Shown here in pieces: positions 24,395 to 36,500 of a stretch of 64,000 nt of DNA. A program made the position numbers and the translations under genes. This DNA comes from Marsupella aquatica (Eukaryota > Plantae > Marchantiophyta). The notes under the pieces were generated by a model, which was not told the DNA's origin, did not search any database, and saw only the letters and a program-made list of their open reading frames with translations. The stretch is taken from contig OZ316891.1 in NCBI GenBank assembly GCA_973895155.1, forward strand, positions 23,559,899-23,623,898. Direction: 5' to 3'. Position 1 is the first letter of the stretch, and each line of letters opens with the position of its first letter.

Positions 24395-26149
24395 AGGTGT
24401 TCCAATTGCAGTCGCTTAGGTTATTTTGGAGTTCAACCCTACAGCGATTAGGTTCCTAGGTAGCTATATTTAAGCTAGCGCCAAGCGCTGCTAAAGCTGG
24501 ATGCTTTCTATATCCGTTTTTCAGTACTGAATGTTTTGTTAGGATTTGGTAATCTGGGTAATATGTTTTTGCTCATTTTTATAGGAAATGCTTTTTGGAT
24601 CGACCCATTTTCCTCTCCATGGCGTTACACATGGAAGGGCGGGATTTGTAGTTTTAAGCTAGTGTTGGGCGCTACTTATACTCATTGCTTTCCGTCGCCC
24701 ATGTAATCTCGGTGATATTTTTTCAACCATTTTTGAAGTAAATGAATTTGTGATTGGCTCAATCTCCAATGTATGGTTTTCGTACATTGGAGATTGAGCC
24801 ATCGAGAGGAAAACCATACATTCCTCCAATGTATGGTTTTCAATCTCCAATGTATGGTTTAAACTAGCAATGAGATTCGGATTTTGTTGTTGTATGACCC
24901 TGCCTCTTTTGATTTGAATTGCCTCGTTTTCAGCCGCTCATTGTCTTCTCGATTGAGGTTACGTAGATTTTTGTTGAATTTTTCCTTCTTCTATGAAACC
25001 CTACCAGCTTTCCATTCGCTTCATTGATACCAGCGCTAGGCGCTGGTAATCATCGCAAATTTGGGTCGGACTACCCAACGGGATATTTCGTCCGGAATGA
25101 GACTGTTTTAATGAAAATGACTCAAATGGGCTTTAATTTTGATTGTTTGGAATCCTTTTTTTGGTCTGATTTTTTTGGTTTTTACCTCCAATTCTCCTGG
25201 TAACAGTAACTGTTTCCTATTACTATTTCCTGTTACTGTTTCCTGGTTCCTGTCTTTTGTAAATACCCCCCTACAAGTCGCACAGTTCCTCTCCTCAGCC
25301 AAGGCCAGCAACAAATTCTTTGGCAATTTCCGCTCTTTGCAGGACATCAGCAAAATTGAACTGAATTGAAGGCCTCTGGGTGACAACAGTTCAATCCACA
25401 ACCACGACAATAGCAGCAGTAATCCGGGTCCAAAGTCTGGTCAGGCACGCATCCCTCCTATCTTATCCACATTCACCAACACCACCTGCTTTCACAGTTC
25501 GCATTCTCTCGACCTCTTTCAGTTCATTTCATTTTTCTCCCTTCCTTTGCGCGAGCACATACTGCCCTTTTTGTTCAACAATTTCCTCTCTTTCCCTCTA
25601 TTCCATCGTCGAACCTCATCACCCACTCCCTCCACTATAACAATCACCTCTGTTACTTCCATAGCAGTCACGACCAAATGAGTAACGACCACTGATGCCT
25701 CCGCCACTCAAAAAAATAAAATAAAATAATCTCAAGACCTCCACACTACAACAACATTTCCTTTCAGCTGAATCTCCCCCTTTTTCCTCTAAACTTCTGA
25801 GCGCATAGATCATCCTTTGAAAGCTTTTCGCCCTATTCCTCCCGTCCTCCTTATCCCCTCTTTACTTGATCACTTTTCAACTGCCTCCATTTTGCCCTTT
25901 GCCTTCCTCTTCTCGTTTCCTCATTCCTCTCAACTCTTTCCCAAGAATCCCTCTAACGCCCTCCGCGCCTCCAACTGCCATCTCCAACATGTCCTTATGA
26001 ATTCAAATACTCCCCAGGCCGCCACATTCCTCTTTGTTTCTTTCTTTCACAAACAGAGAACTAAATCATTCCGAGCCGGACAAAAGCAAGTCGACTAGAT
26101 CTAGCACACTCCACTTCAATTGTCAAACATTTTTCCCGACAACACCGGG

Positions 26150-27285
26150 GAGTGAGATAGAAATCCTTCCCATACACCCTTGTGGAATTGGTCTTGGGTT
26201 CCCATGATCCCACAAATTCTAATAAGTCTGAGTCCAGCACCTCCGGCTTCAGCCATGGTAATCTTACAAAGGTTTCCAAGCCGGATCCAGCCATGAAGCC
26301 CTAGTACTTCTTGGTCTGCATGGCCGTAAACCATGCATCCTCCTCCCGTGCAAAATGTAATTGCACTTCCTCTGGTAGGGTTGCCGCCCAGCCTTTCCAG
26401 GTGTCATCCTTTGTTGGAATGGCATTGATAGGATCGGCCTCCTCCTCTTCGGCTTCTCCCTGCATCTTGTTCTGATGCTCTGCTGGCTTCCTTGGTGCTG
26501 CCAACCTTGTTCTTTTTGCCGGGGTGGTCTCTTCGTTGTTGTTTCCTTTCCTCTTCATCTTGGCTATCGTGGATGTTTCTCCTAGCATAGTTGCCTTTGT
26601 CCACCCCTCTGTGCTACCCTTCAACTCCTAGTGCGCGTCATTGCAGCGGTTGATGGCTTCCCGAATGCCAACGATTTTGTCTTTGCAAAATAGAAGGTCA
26701 TCAAGCTGATTGGCAGTAGGAGTCCACAAGAACTTGGTCTTGATGAGTTCTCCTCCTAAGAAGGCAGACTTTTGTAGCTCCCACAATCGAGCGAGCTCCT
26801 GCTGTTCTTGAGCTGCTCTCTCTGATTCTTCGTCCTCGTAAGTCTTAATGTACTCAGTTGCCTGTTTGAACAGGCATCCCCAAAAATGTGCCGCTTGATT
26901 GACGTTGCTCATACCCTCGACTCAATCGTTGGTATCTGCTCCCACACCGAGTGCTTGCCTAAGCAACTGAAAGTAGTTGGCCTTCCGTAGTCGTCTGCCC
27001 AGTTTGTGCTTGCCAATGAGCCACCATTCCTCGCGAGCAGTCCTTACCCCTCTCCTCCTCTGGTCTTTCCTCCCATTGGTTACCCCTAGCCGCCGATGCT
27101 TAGCGCGCCCTAACCCTAATCGTGTTCTCTCCCCCGGCGTCCTTACCTCCGGCCACGGCCCGGGTTCCATAGTCACCCTTAATTGTTTATATTTTCCTTG
27201 TTTTTGTTACTATACTAATGTGTTTATAGGGTACACCTCTGTTTCCCCACTTAACTGGCCTAGTGATTCCTGGCTAGGCATCACA
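26150..27285 (-). repeat. Inverted 5' fragment of a family A LTR
   Basis: Reverse complement starts TGTGATGCCTAGCC at 27285; encodes MSNVNQAAHFW.. pieces with stops. Confidence 0.9.
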
Positions 27286-30200
27286 GGCGGCTTGCCAAAA
27301 AAAGAAGCAACCCTCTTGCCACCGTAGAAGAAATCCGCAAGGTGGCTTGGGAATAGAGGCCGAGGTGGTTGATGCCGATGACTTCTACTTACTCCACCTA
27401 TGCTAAAGATAGAGCCATGGAGTATGGGGAGATGTGTGGGGACCTGGCGCTCAGCACCTTTGGGGAGGAGTTGGAGCAGGGACCTTTTTTCCAGAGGGAG
27501 ATGTTGGAGAAGCACTGATTAGAAGAAGCGATGGCTTTGGAGAGAAGCAAGAAGGACGAGGTCATCCGGCGGCTTAGGGAGATGGAAGCCAAAGTGGAAG
27601 ACTTGCAAGCAGCCAAGAAAGCCCAAGATGAGCTGTGGATTAAGCGACATGAGCTAAACATCATGCAAGGACAATTGGATGCCGATCAGTGTGGCAATCA
27701 GATTATCAAAGATAAACTGACTCGGACCCAAGGAGAGTTGGTCGGCGCGGTCAAGGACATAGAAAAGTGGAAGCAGGAGCTGAGGGACGTAGAGGAGGCC
27801 CACATAACCGCCAACAACCGGGCCATGGCGGAGACTCAAAGAAAGGAGAGGGCGTTGAAAGGAGAGCTCAAGGATATCCGCGGAGCCCTTGAGCAGAAGG
27901 AGGCCGAATTAGGAAAATCCTATCAAGGGATTATTGCGCTGCAGCAGGAGCTTGCGTCCCTGACGGCCAGCTTCAAGGCCGACTTGCATGAGAAGGACAA
28001 CCAGCTCGACCAGACTTATGCCAAGATGAATAAGATGGAGTCTGAGGTTGTAGCGGAGCTTGACAAGGAGCTAAGAGCAACCTAGGAGGAGAGGGCTACC
28101 TTAAAATTGGAATTGGAGAAAGCCAGAAAGGAGCTGCAGGAGGGACAGAAGGACCTAGAGGAAGCCCAGGAGGAGTTGGAGGAAACCACCAGGAAAATGG
28201 AGAACTTACAGCGGTGGGCCGACAACCAAATGGAGCGACTAAAGAAACAGGCCGTAGTATTTAAATGCTTAGCTTCATCTGGTCCAACTCCAATTGTGGG
28301 AACTCTGTTACCAAGAGGGGTACTGGCCGAAGGACAAGCCGAGACACACGCCCCAGTGCCGGAGGTAGGTAGCAAGAGGAAGGGGCCAGCTACCAAAACA
28401 GGGAAGAAGAAGAAGCAAAAACCTTATGGGTCTGGGAGTTATACGGCTTACCAAGCCGTTGTGACCCAGGAGGTCAACCCGGCACCAACCTCCGGCATGG
28501 TCACGGCAATAGATCCACCTGTTGAAGAAGGTGGGGATGGCAAGGCCAAGGCCGGGACAGCTATCGATGAAGCCGAGGTACCGGATCCTCCACTAGAACA
28601 TGACGGGGGGGCCAAAGCCGTATTGAAGGCCGTGACCGATGCTGAGGCCAAATCCAAAGGTGGACTCGGTCTGGGGTAGGTAATCTATCAGAGGATGGAC
28701 CGACGGCAGTGGCTGCGGGGGAAGCGTTGGCAGCGTCTATTAAGGATCCGCCACCGGTGTCGTGACGGTGCAAGGGCATCGTTCCTTTAAGGAAGGGCAG
28801 ACGTGGAGGTAGGAGGCGTGAGTGGGCAGGGCGGGCTCAGATCTCCAAGTTTAGGATTAGGATCAAGACCAGGAGACTGCCCTGACACTTAGATTAGTGG
28901 GATGGCGGATCCACTGGTAGGAGCGACACTTGTGCTCCTGCCTCGCTGTACAGTTAGGTAGATTATAGGTAGGATAGATTAAGCTTACGCAACGAAGTTC
29001 TGGACAAATCCGTTGCCAGGATAAATACCTGGGCAGCGGGGAGTCCAGGGCCTCTTCTTTAACAAGTTTTTAGTTGCACCAATAGGGCTGGGATCAAGTA
29101 GTAAGAGAAGCTCTCGGTTAGTTATACAGTGACCCTTGTGTATATTCATGTTTCCTCATGCCTAAGAACTGAATAGAGTTAGCCTCACGGCTTAGTTCGC
29201 AGAGCTTTGTATGAGATGTACTGTTTGTATGGCAAGTGCATGGTATAACTCAGTCAGAAGGAGTCATTTTGCTATTTGTGTATCGCATTAACTTGTGTGA
29301 AGAGTGCCCACATCAATGAAGGGAAGTAGCAAGGGAGTGAGAGTTGGATGTGTCGAGCTAAGAGAGGTCTTAGCGGCTTAACCAAACCAATTGGAAATCA
29401 TTCCGGCGGCGGAATCCAAACATACCTAATGGAAGACCAGGAGAGGAATACAAGGGAAGGCCTAGAATAGGCCGGCTAAGTATCTCATGACCCAATGAAG
29501 GATCTGTCCAGTATATGTGTGTAAAATGTTAATAGTAGTAGAAGGAGAGTTCGCAGCGTCCCATGCCGCTAAGCCGCGGAAATGGCCTCGCCGAGGACAA
29601 AACCTGCGGGAATCGGCTTGAGCAAGGGGGTTTTCTTGGGTTTGGGGAGCCATGGGACACACCACATTTTTGGCGCTAGATGGAGGGGGCATTTCTTAAG
29701 CCGTGAGATATGAAGTTAGGAAGGAAGCGTGGGTAATGACTGAACCTACACCGAGAGAGGAAAGAGCGATTCAACGGGAGAGAGCTCGTCTGCAGCAGCT
29801 CGCCGGGTGGCATGATACACAGCGACTGAGAGGGGCAGAAAGAGCTAGTAGCTCCGTAATTGAAAGTGGCATCAAAGAAGACATACCAAAAGAAGGGTTG
29901 GTAAGGAGAAGTGAGTCTCCGACCGACATGGGGGAACCAGAGGCACGGCCAGATGAGAGGCCAGGGACCAGACTGAGCCAACGGTCGCATATTCATTACA
30001 AGGCCTTTCATGGAAGAGGAGATGAGGATCCGGACAAATGGTTGGATGACTTTGAAGGAACCGCTGCAGCAAATGGAGAATCGGCCATCAAGATGCAAAT
30101 TCTTCCCGACCTGTTCAAGGGTGAGGCTAGGCCTTGGTACAGAGCATTGGGCGTGGAAGATCAAGCCATCTGGAATACTTTCAGATCACTATTTGTCAAG

Positions 30201-31638
30201 GAGTTTCGACCCATTGGAACTTCAGAGTTAGCAGTGCTCAAGTTGGGATGACTTCGGTTCAAGGAGAACAAATCTTTCAGGAAGTTCCTGCAACGCTTCC
30301 AAAAGCTGGTAAGACGTACCAAGACCAATGCATCTGAAGGTATGCAACTTCAATGGTTAGTGAATGCTTTGCCACAGAAGATGAGTTTTGCAATTAGGAA
30401 GGAGAATCCAGAGACTTTAGTCGAGGCAATTAGAGATATTCAATTATACATTAATGCAGATATCACAAGCCGAAAGAAACAGCTTAAGTCTGAGAGTTCC
30501 TCATCGGAGGAAGGATCAACCCATAAGAAAAATGATAAGAAAAAGAAACATTCTAAGAAGTCAAGAAGTGATAACTCAAGCTCGGATAGTGGAGGTAGCA
30601 AGAGTGAGTCATCTTCTAGTTCTGAAGAAGAAAAAACTAGGAAAAGGAAGCGCAGAAGGAGGGGAAAGATGAAAGTCAAGATAGAGGCTAAAACACCAGA
30701 TAACATCATAGCCCTTACCGAGCAGCTTAAGGCTATAATAGCAGAGGTAAAACCAAAGAAGAAGGTAGTACAGGAGGATAGCTCTGTATGGTGTGCCTTA
30801 TGTTATAAAACCGGACACCATAAAGATGCGTGTCCTAAACTTAATACTAGTCATGTTCGGCATGTGGCTGAGGTCAGACCATGTCAGGGAGAAGTAGAGT
30901 ACTTTTTAGGGGATGCCGCTGATAGTGTTTTTGGCATCAGTGAGACTAGAGCACAAGACCTATCCAACAGACCTCCTAGGCCGAATGTGCAAAGATTTGC
31001 GGCATGCTATAATTGTGGTCAACCTGGTCATTTTGCTAGAGAATGCCCGAATGCACGCAAACAAGGTGATGGGCAACCAGCTCAGCTATGTATGGGATGC
31101 CGACAGGGGGGCCACCTGCTAGGACAATGTCCTACGTGGCTGGCAGGCCTGGCCGCAAATCATAAGCTCTTGCCAGTCAAGGTCTTGCCACCAGGTACTA
31201 CCCCCAGAGGAGCTCAAATCAACCACATCAAACTTGGATGGCAAACGGATGCCGAGGCAGAGTTTGGACCATCTGATGATGAGGCCGAGGCCCTATCAAC
31301 CTTCTCAGAGGAGGATTTGGATCATGATTGCTACCGGGTCTCTACTCGATCTACCAGAAGGAAGGAAAGGTGGGATGGGCTGGCCAAAAATAAAGGGAAG
31401 GATAAGGAAGAAAGAATTGACTCTTCGTCAACATCAACAGAAGGGGAAGGAAAGGCGCCGGCAACATAGGTAAGCCATGAGCCCACCAATGAGCCCAATC
31501 CTTCACAGGATAGCGACTTCAATCGAGATCACCCTAAGTTGTTCTACCCCTCTATTACGGCTAGTGTTAAGAAACAATTGCGAGAATTAGAAACCCTGGA
31601 GAATACCAAAGCCATAGCCAAGGATGTGAAACGAGCAA
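27286..31638 (+). mobile_element. Family A copy 3: truncated 5' LTR (27286-29666), PBS (29671-29688), gag remnant
   Basis: LTR end ACCACA, then TTTT, then TGGCGCTAGATGGAGGGG, then gag. Confidence 0.9.
29736..31638 (+). pseudogene. gag: Gag (retrotransposon gag domain plus 3 CCHC knuckles), internal stops, 75-bp in-frame deletion
   Basis: FHGRGDEDPDKWLDDF..EARPWY; CALCYKTGHHKDAC, CYNCGQPGHFAREC, CMGCRQGGHLLGQC. Confidence 0.9.
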
Positions 31639-32134
31639 AAGCCTAATAAAAAAGATGCCGCTGACTCCACTGGCCGGCGCGGTGCCTGCTCACACCCTTT
31701 GCTAACCACCCCTTACGTGCGTGCTATGAATGGACCAGGGTTTGTCCCCTTGTCGGGGCGAGACCTCGAGCCGCCTTGATCAGAGGTGGGCCCAGGTCGT
31801 CCCCGTTGGAGGACAAGCAGGGTAATGCGGTCCTGTAAGGCCTTGTTGTCCCGCACCGCCTCCTTTGTCTCATTTGTAGCTTCATCGGCCTCTGTCTGGA
31901 GCCGTGCTACCTCCAAGTTGAGCTGGTTAATGGAGTCGCGATGGGTCTGATCCTGCGCCAACAATTTATCCCATTCGGAGGAAAGACTAGCCACCTGGTG
32001 AGCCGCTTGTAAGAATTGGTTGTTGAGGTCGATCAGACTGGTAACCCAAGCCGAGGATTCCGAGCGCAACTGAAGCATGGTGTCATCCAGCTTTTTGAGA
32101 TCCGTTTGTGCCTCGCTCAACTCCTGGGTTAGTT
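31639..32134 (-). repeat. Fragment of family B LTR (coiled-coil C-terminus of its ORF)
   Basis: Near-duplicate of 32934-33428. Confidence 0.85.
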
Positions 32135-33528
32135 TGTCAGGCTAAGGCAATATACTTACTGGTATAACACTTATGCAACTCGTACTAATCATAGGTATAT
32201 TTGTTTTCCACCGCTGGAATATTCCCACAATTAGTGACTCGGACTAACTCCCGGCTTGGGGCTTTCAAGCCATCGACGCGACAATACCTTGTGACATGCA
32301 ATGGGTGGCAATCCCTACCATTAGTCCACACCCGGTACGTCCCTTAAAATGGCGCCTTTGCCCAGACAAAGCATACACACAACACTAGTTACTCGCGAAA
32401 ACATTAGAGGGAAAAGACTACATTTACTCAGCGAAGAATCAGTTTACATAGTTGACTTGACTTCTAAGGGGGTCAGCGGGCCCAACGGCAATCGATGCCC
32501 AGTCTCTACGAGGCCCTGCCCCGCACTTGCCCAACAAGCTCAACTTTGGCTCTCACTCCTTGGTGCACTCTAACCCTGCTCAAGCCGGGACTCCCCATGC
32601 CTCGCCTTTCCTTACGCTGAAATAACTAAGCCTTTTCCCCCTTCCACAGCGGAAGGGGAAGCCTAAATACTACATTTGCGGAAAGGAACCGGAAGATACT
32701 ACCTCCCGGGGTAATGCCTACTGGCTAACTAACTTCTAACTAACCAACCGCACTCCTCTGACCGATTGACCGTCGGCGGCAAGGGCGCTGACCGGGGTGG
32801 CAGCAGCTAATCTACTGACCAAAATCTAGTCCGTTGATGGACCCAATCCTACGTTGGCTAATCCTAACTGATCCTGTCTTAATCCTTCCTACTGCGCCGC
32901 TAATCGACGCCTAATGACAGCTATTCTGTCGTTAAGCCTAATCAAAAAGATGTCGTTGACTCCACTGCGCCGCGCGGTGCCTGCTCACACCCTTTGCTAA
33001 CCACCCCTTACATGCATGTTGTGGTTGGACCAGGGTTTGTCTCCCTGTCGGGGCGAGACCTCAAGCCGCCTTGATCAGAGGTGGGCCCAAGTCTTCCCCG
33101 CTAGAGGACGAGTAGGGTAATGTGGTCTTGTAAGGCCTTGTTGTCCCGCACCGCCTCCTCTGCCTTGTTTGTAGCTTCATCGGCCTCCGTCTGGAGCCAT
33201 GCTACCTCCAGGTTGAGCTGGTTAATGGAGTCATGATGGGTCTGGTCCTGCGCCAGCAATTTATCCCGTTTGGCAAAAAGACTAGCCACCTGTTGAGCCG
33301 CTTGTAAGAATTGGTTGTTGAGGTCGGTCAGACTGGTAACCCGAGCCGAGGATTCCGAGCGCAACTGAAGCATGGTGTCGTCTAGCTTCTTGAGATCCGT
33401 TTATGCCTCGCTCAACTCCTGGGTTAGTCCGTCCCACTGCTCGACGGTGCGGGCTAACTCTTCACAGCGGGTAGTGGCCTCCTCCTCGAGGTGTTCTACC
33501 AGCATTTGGAGGCGCCCGATCTCATTCC

Positions 33529-36500
33529 TGTGATGCCTAGACAGGAATCACTCGGCCGGTTAAGTGGGTAAAGCAGGAAGGCACCCTAGGAACACCTTAG
33601 TATAGTGACAAAACAAGGAAAATATAAACAATTAGGGGCAACCATGGAACCCGGGCAGAGGCCGGAGGTAAGGCTGAGGGTGAAAACCCGATTAGGGTTA
33701 GGGCGCGTTAAGCGTCGGCGGCTAGGAAGGATCAACGGGAAGAAGGACCGGCAGAGGAGAGGGGTAAGGAGCGCTTGCAGGAGATGGTGGCTCATTTGCG
33801 AGCACGAACTAGGCAGACGACTACGGGAGGCCAACTACTGTCAGCTGCTTAGGCAAGCACTCGGGGAGAGAGTAGATACCGACGATCAACCTAAGGAGGG
33901 TATGAGCAACGTCAATCAAGCGGCACATTTCTGGGGATGCCTGTTCGAACGGGCAACTGAGTACATCAAGACTTACGAGGACGAGGAGTCAGAAAGGGCA
34001 GCTCGAGAACGGCAGGAGCTCGCTCGATTGTGGGAGCTGCAGAAGACGGCTTTCTTAGGAGGCGAACTCATCAAGGACGAGTTCCTGTGGACGCCTACTT
34101 CCAATCAACTCGACGATCTTCTGTTTTGCAAAGACAGCGTCGTCGGCATCCGAGAGGCCATCAAGAACTGCAACGACATACACTGGGAATTAAAGGGTAG
34201 CACGGAAAGGTGGACCCAGGCAACGGTGCTAGGAGAAACCTCCACGGCAGCAGAGATGAAGAGGAAGGGAGCCGTCAACGATGAAGCCACCCCGGCAAAA
34301 AGAACGAGGTCGGCGGCACCAAAGAAGCTAGCCGAGTAGCAGAGCAGGAGGCAGGGAGAAGCCGAAGAGGAGGAGGTCGATCCCATCAAGGCCATTCCAA
34401 CCAGGGATGACACCTGGAAGGGCTGGGCGGCAACCCTACCGGTGGAGGTGCAACTACATTTTGCACGGGAGGAGGATGCATGCTTTACGGCCATGCAGAC
34501 CAAGAAGTACCAAGGCTTCATGGCCGGATCCGGCTTGGAGGCCTTTGTAAGATTACCATGGCTGAAGCCGGAGGTACCGGAGTCAGACCTATTAGAATTC
34601 GTGGGGTCATGGGAACCCGAGACCAATTGCACGAGGATATATGGGAAGGATTTCTATCTTACTCCCAAGGTGATTGCCGAAGTGTTTGGCTTGCCGATGG
34701 GCAATAAGACCAAAGTTGATACCAGGAAGACCTTGCCTGACAAGGAGTTCCGGTCGTTCCCCGGGCCATCAACGAAGAATGGCTTCTTCCGGAACACCTG
34801 CACCAACCCGCACATAGGAGAGATGATCGACTTCTTGCGGGTGACCATGCATTGTAACTTGCCGAGGGCAGAGATCGGCAAGGCACAGGTCTATCTGGCA
34901 GAAAGGCCAGACCCAAGCCGGGACTACAACGGGTACCTCCTCAACCAATTGAAGAAGATCTTAAAGGAGGAGCAGCAGGTAATCGGCATGGGGAGCGTGT
35001 CGCGGCTTGGCTATCACATGCCGCTGTTGTGCCGGTATGCCAGAGGTCAGACTTTTGCCCCGGTACTTCCCCTGCAGGTAAGGGCACCCGAGGAAGCTCC
35101 AACGCCGAGGCCGTTGGCTGAGAAGCCTCAACCACCTGTTAGTCCTACGATCGAGCAGGTGTTTAGGCCCAGGAAGGAAGACTTGCCGATGCAGCAACCA
35201 GGCATGCAGAGTCTGCTGAAACTACTGGAGAAAGAAAAGAAATCGGCATCGGCAACAACAACGGCAACGGCAACAATGCAGGACACTACTACAGAGGTAG
35301 GCCTACACCGGCTCACAAGAGAAAACCCCTTTGCTGGAGACAAGGAGAGAATCAGGCCGGAATCCAAGCCAGGTGTTCGAATGTACGTGGGAACCTCAAG
35401 CTCCGAATCTGAGGCAGAATTGCCTGAAGCTCCTACCGAGGAAGAGGAGAGGGAGAAGCCGGAAATCCAAGAGGTAGAGGAGGCAGTGGAGGACTGCAGC
35501 CATGATAATTCCGGCTATGGATCGGACCATCACGTTCCAGGAGTAAGGACCTGTGGCCGGTTTGTCCCCACACTTCCAAGGGTAGTGCGAGGGGACCCCA
35601 ACCAGCAGAGTAGCCCTGAGTCTCCCCCACCAGATGTTGCTCCCCCGAGCTTCAACGGCATAAAACAGACGGTGCAGGAATTTCAGGAGCGAATCAAGCA
35701 GGAGGAAGAGGCCGCCCTGGCTAAGGAAAAGGATTTACCAGGAGGAGATTGGCCGGAGGACATCAGGCGGCTAGCCGAAAAAGGAAGCAAACCTCTAGCC
35801 ACGATTGAAGAGATCCGCAGGACGGCTTGGGAGCAGAGGCCACGATGGGCGATGCCGATCACTTCTACTTACTCCACCTACGCTAAGAATAGAGCCATGG
35901 AGTATGGTGAGATGTGTGGGGAACTTGCGCTCGGCATCTTTGGAGAGGAGTTGGAGGTAGGACCCTTTTTCCATAGGGAGCAGTTGGAGAAGCACCAATT
36001 AGAAGAAGCGGTGGCTTTAGAGAGAAGCAAGAAGGACGAGGTCATTCGGCGGCTTAGGAGGATGGGAGCCGAGATTGAAGATCTAAGGGCGGCCAAGAAA
36101 GCCCAAGATGAACTGCGGATTAAACGACATGAGCTGAATATCATGCAGGGGCAGTTGGACGCCGCGCAGGCTGATAATCAGAATATCAAGGATAAATTGA
36201 CTCAGACGCAGGAAGAGTTGGCCGACACGATCAAAGAAAGGGAAAAGTGGAAGCAAGAGCTGAAGAATACAGAGGAGGCCCACATAACAGCCAACAGCCG
36301 GGCCATGGCGGAGACCCAAAGAAAGGAATGGGCGTTGAAAGGGGAGCTCGAGAAAATCCGCGGAGCCCTTGAGCAGAAGGAGGTCGAGTTAGGGAAATCC
36401 TATCAAGGGATTATGGCGCTGCAGCAGGAGCTTGCGTCCCTGACGGCCAGCTTCAAGGCCGACCTAAGGGAGAAGGACGAGATGCTCGAACAGACTTACG

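Larger units (their letters stand above)
20755..25271 (+). mobile_element. Left-truncated relative of the MULE (right arm only)
   Basis: Homologous MTase-like gene, small ORF, 8 palindrome copies (21386, 21502, 23359, 23443, 23515, 24476, 24660, 25031) and right TIR ending CCCCCC at 25271. Confidence 0.85.

Noticed and set aside
25272-26149. Short ORFs in a pyrimidine-rich stretch
   Set aside because: No recognisable domain or paralog support; left unannotated
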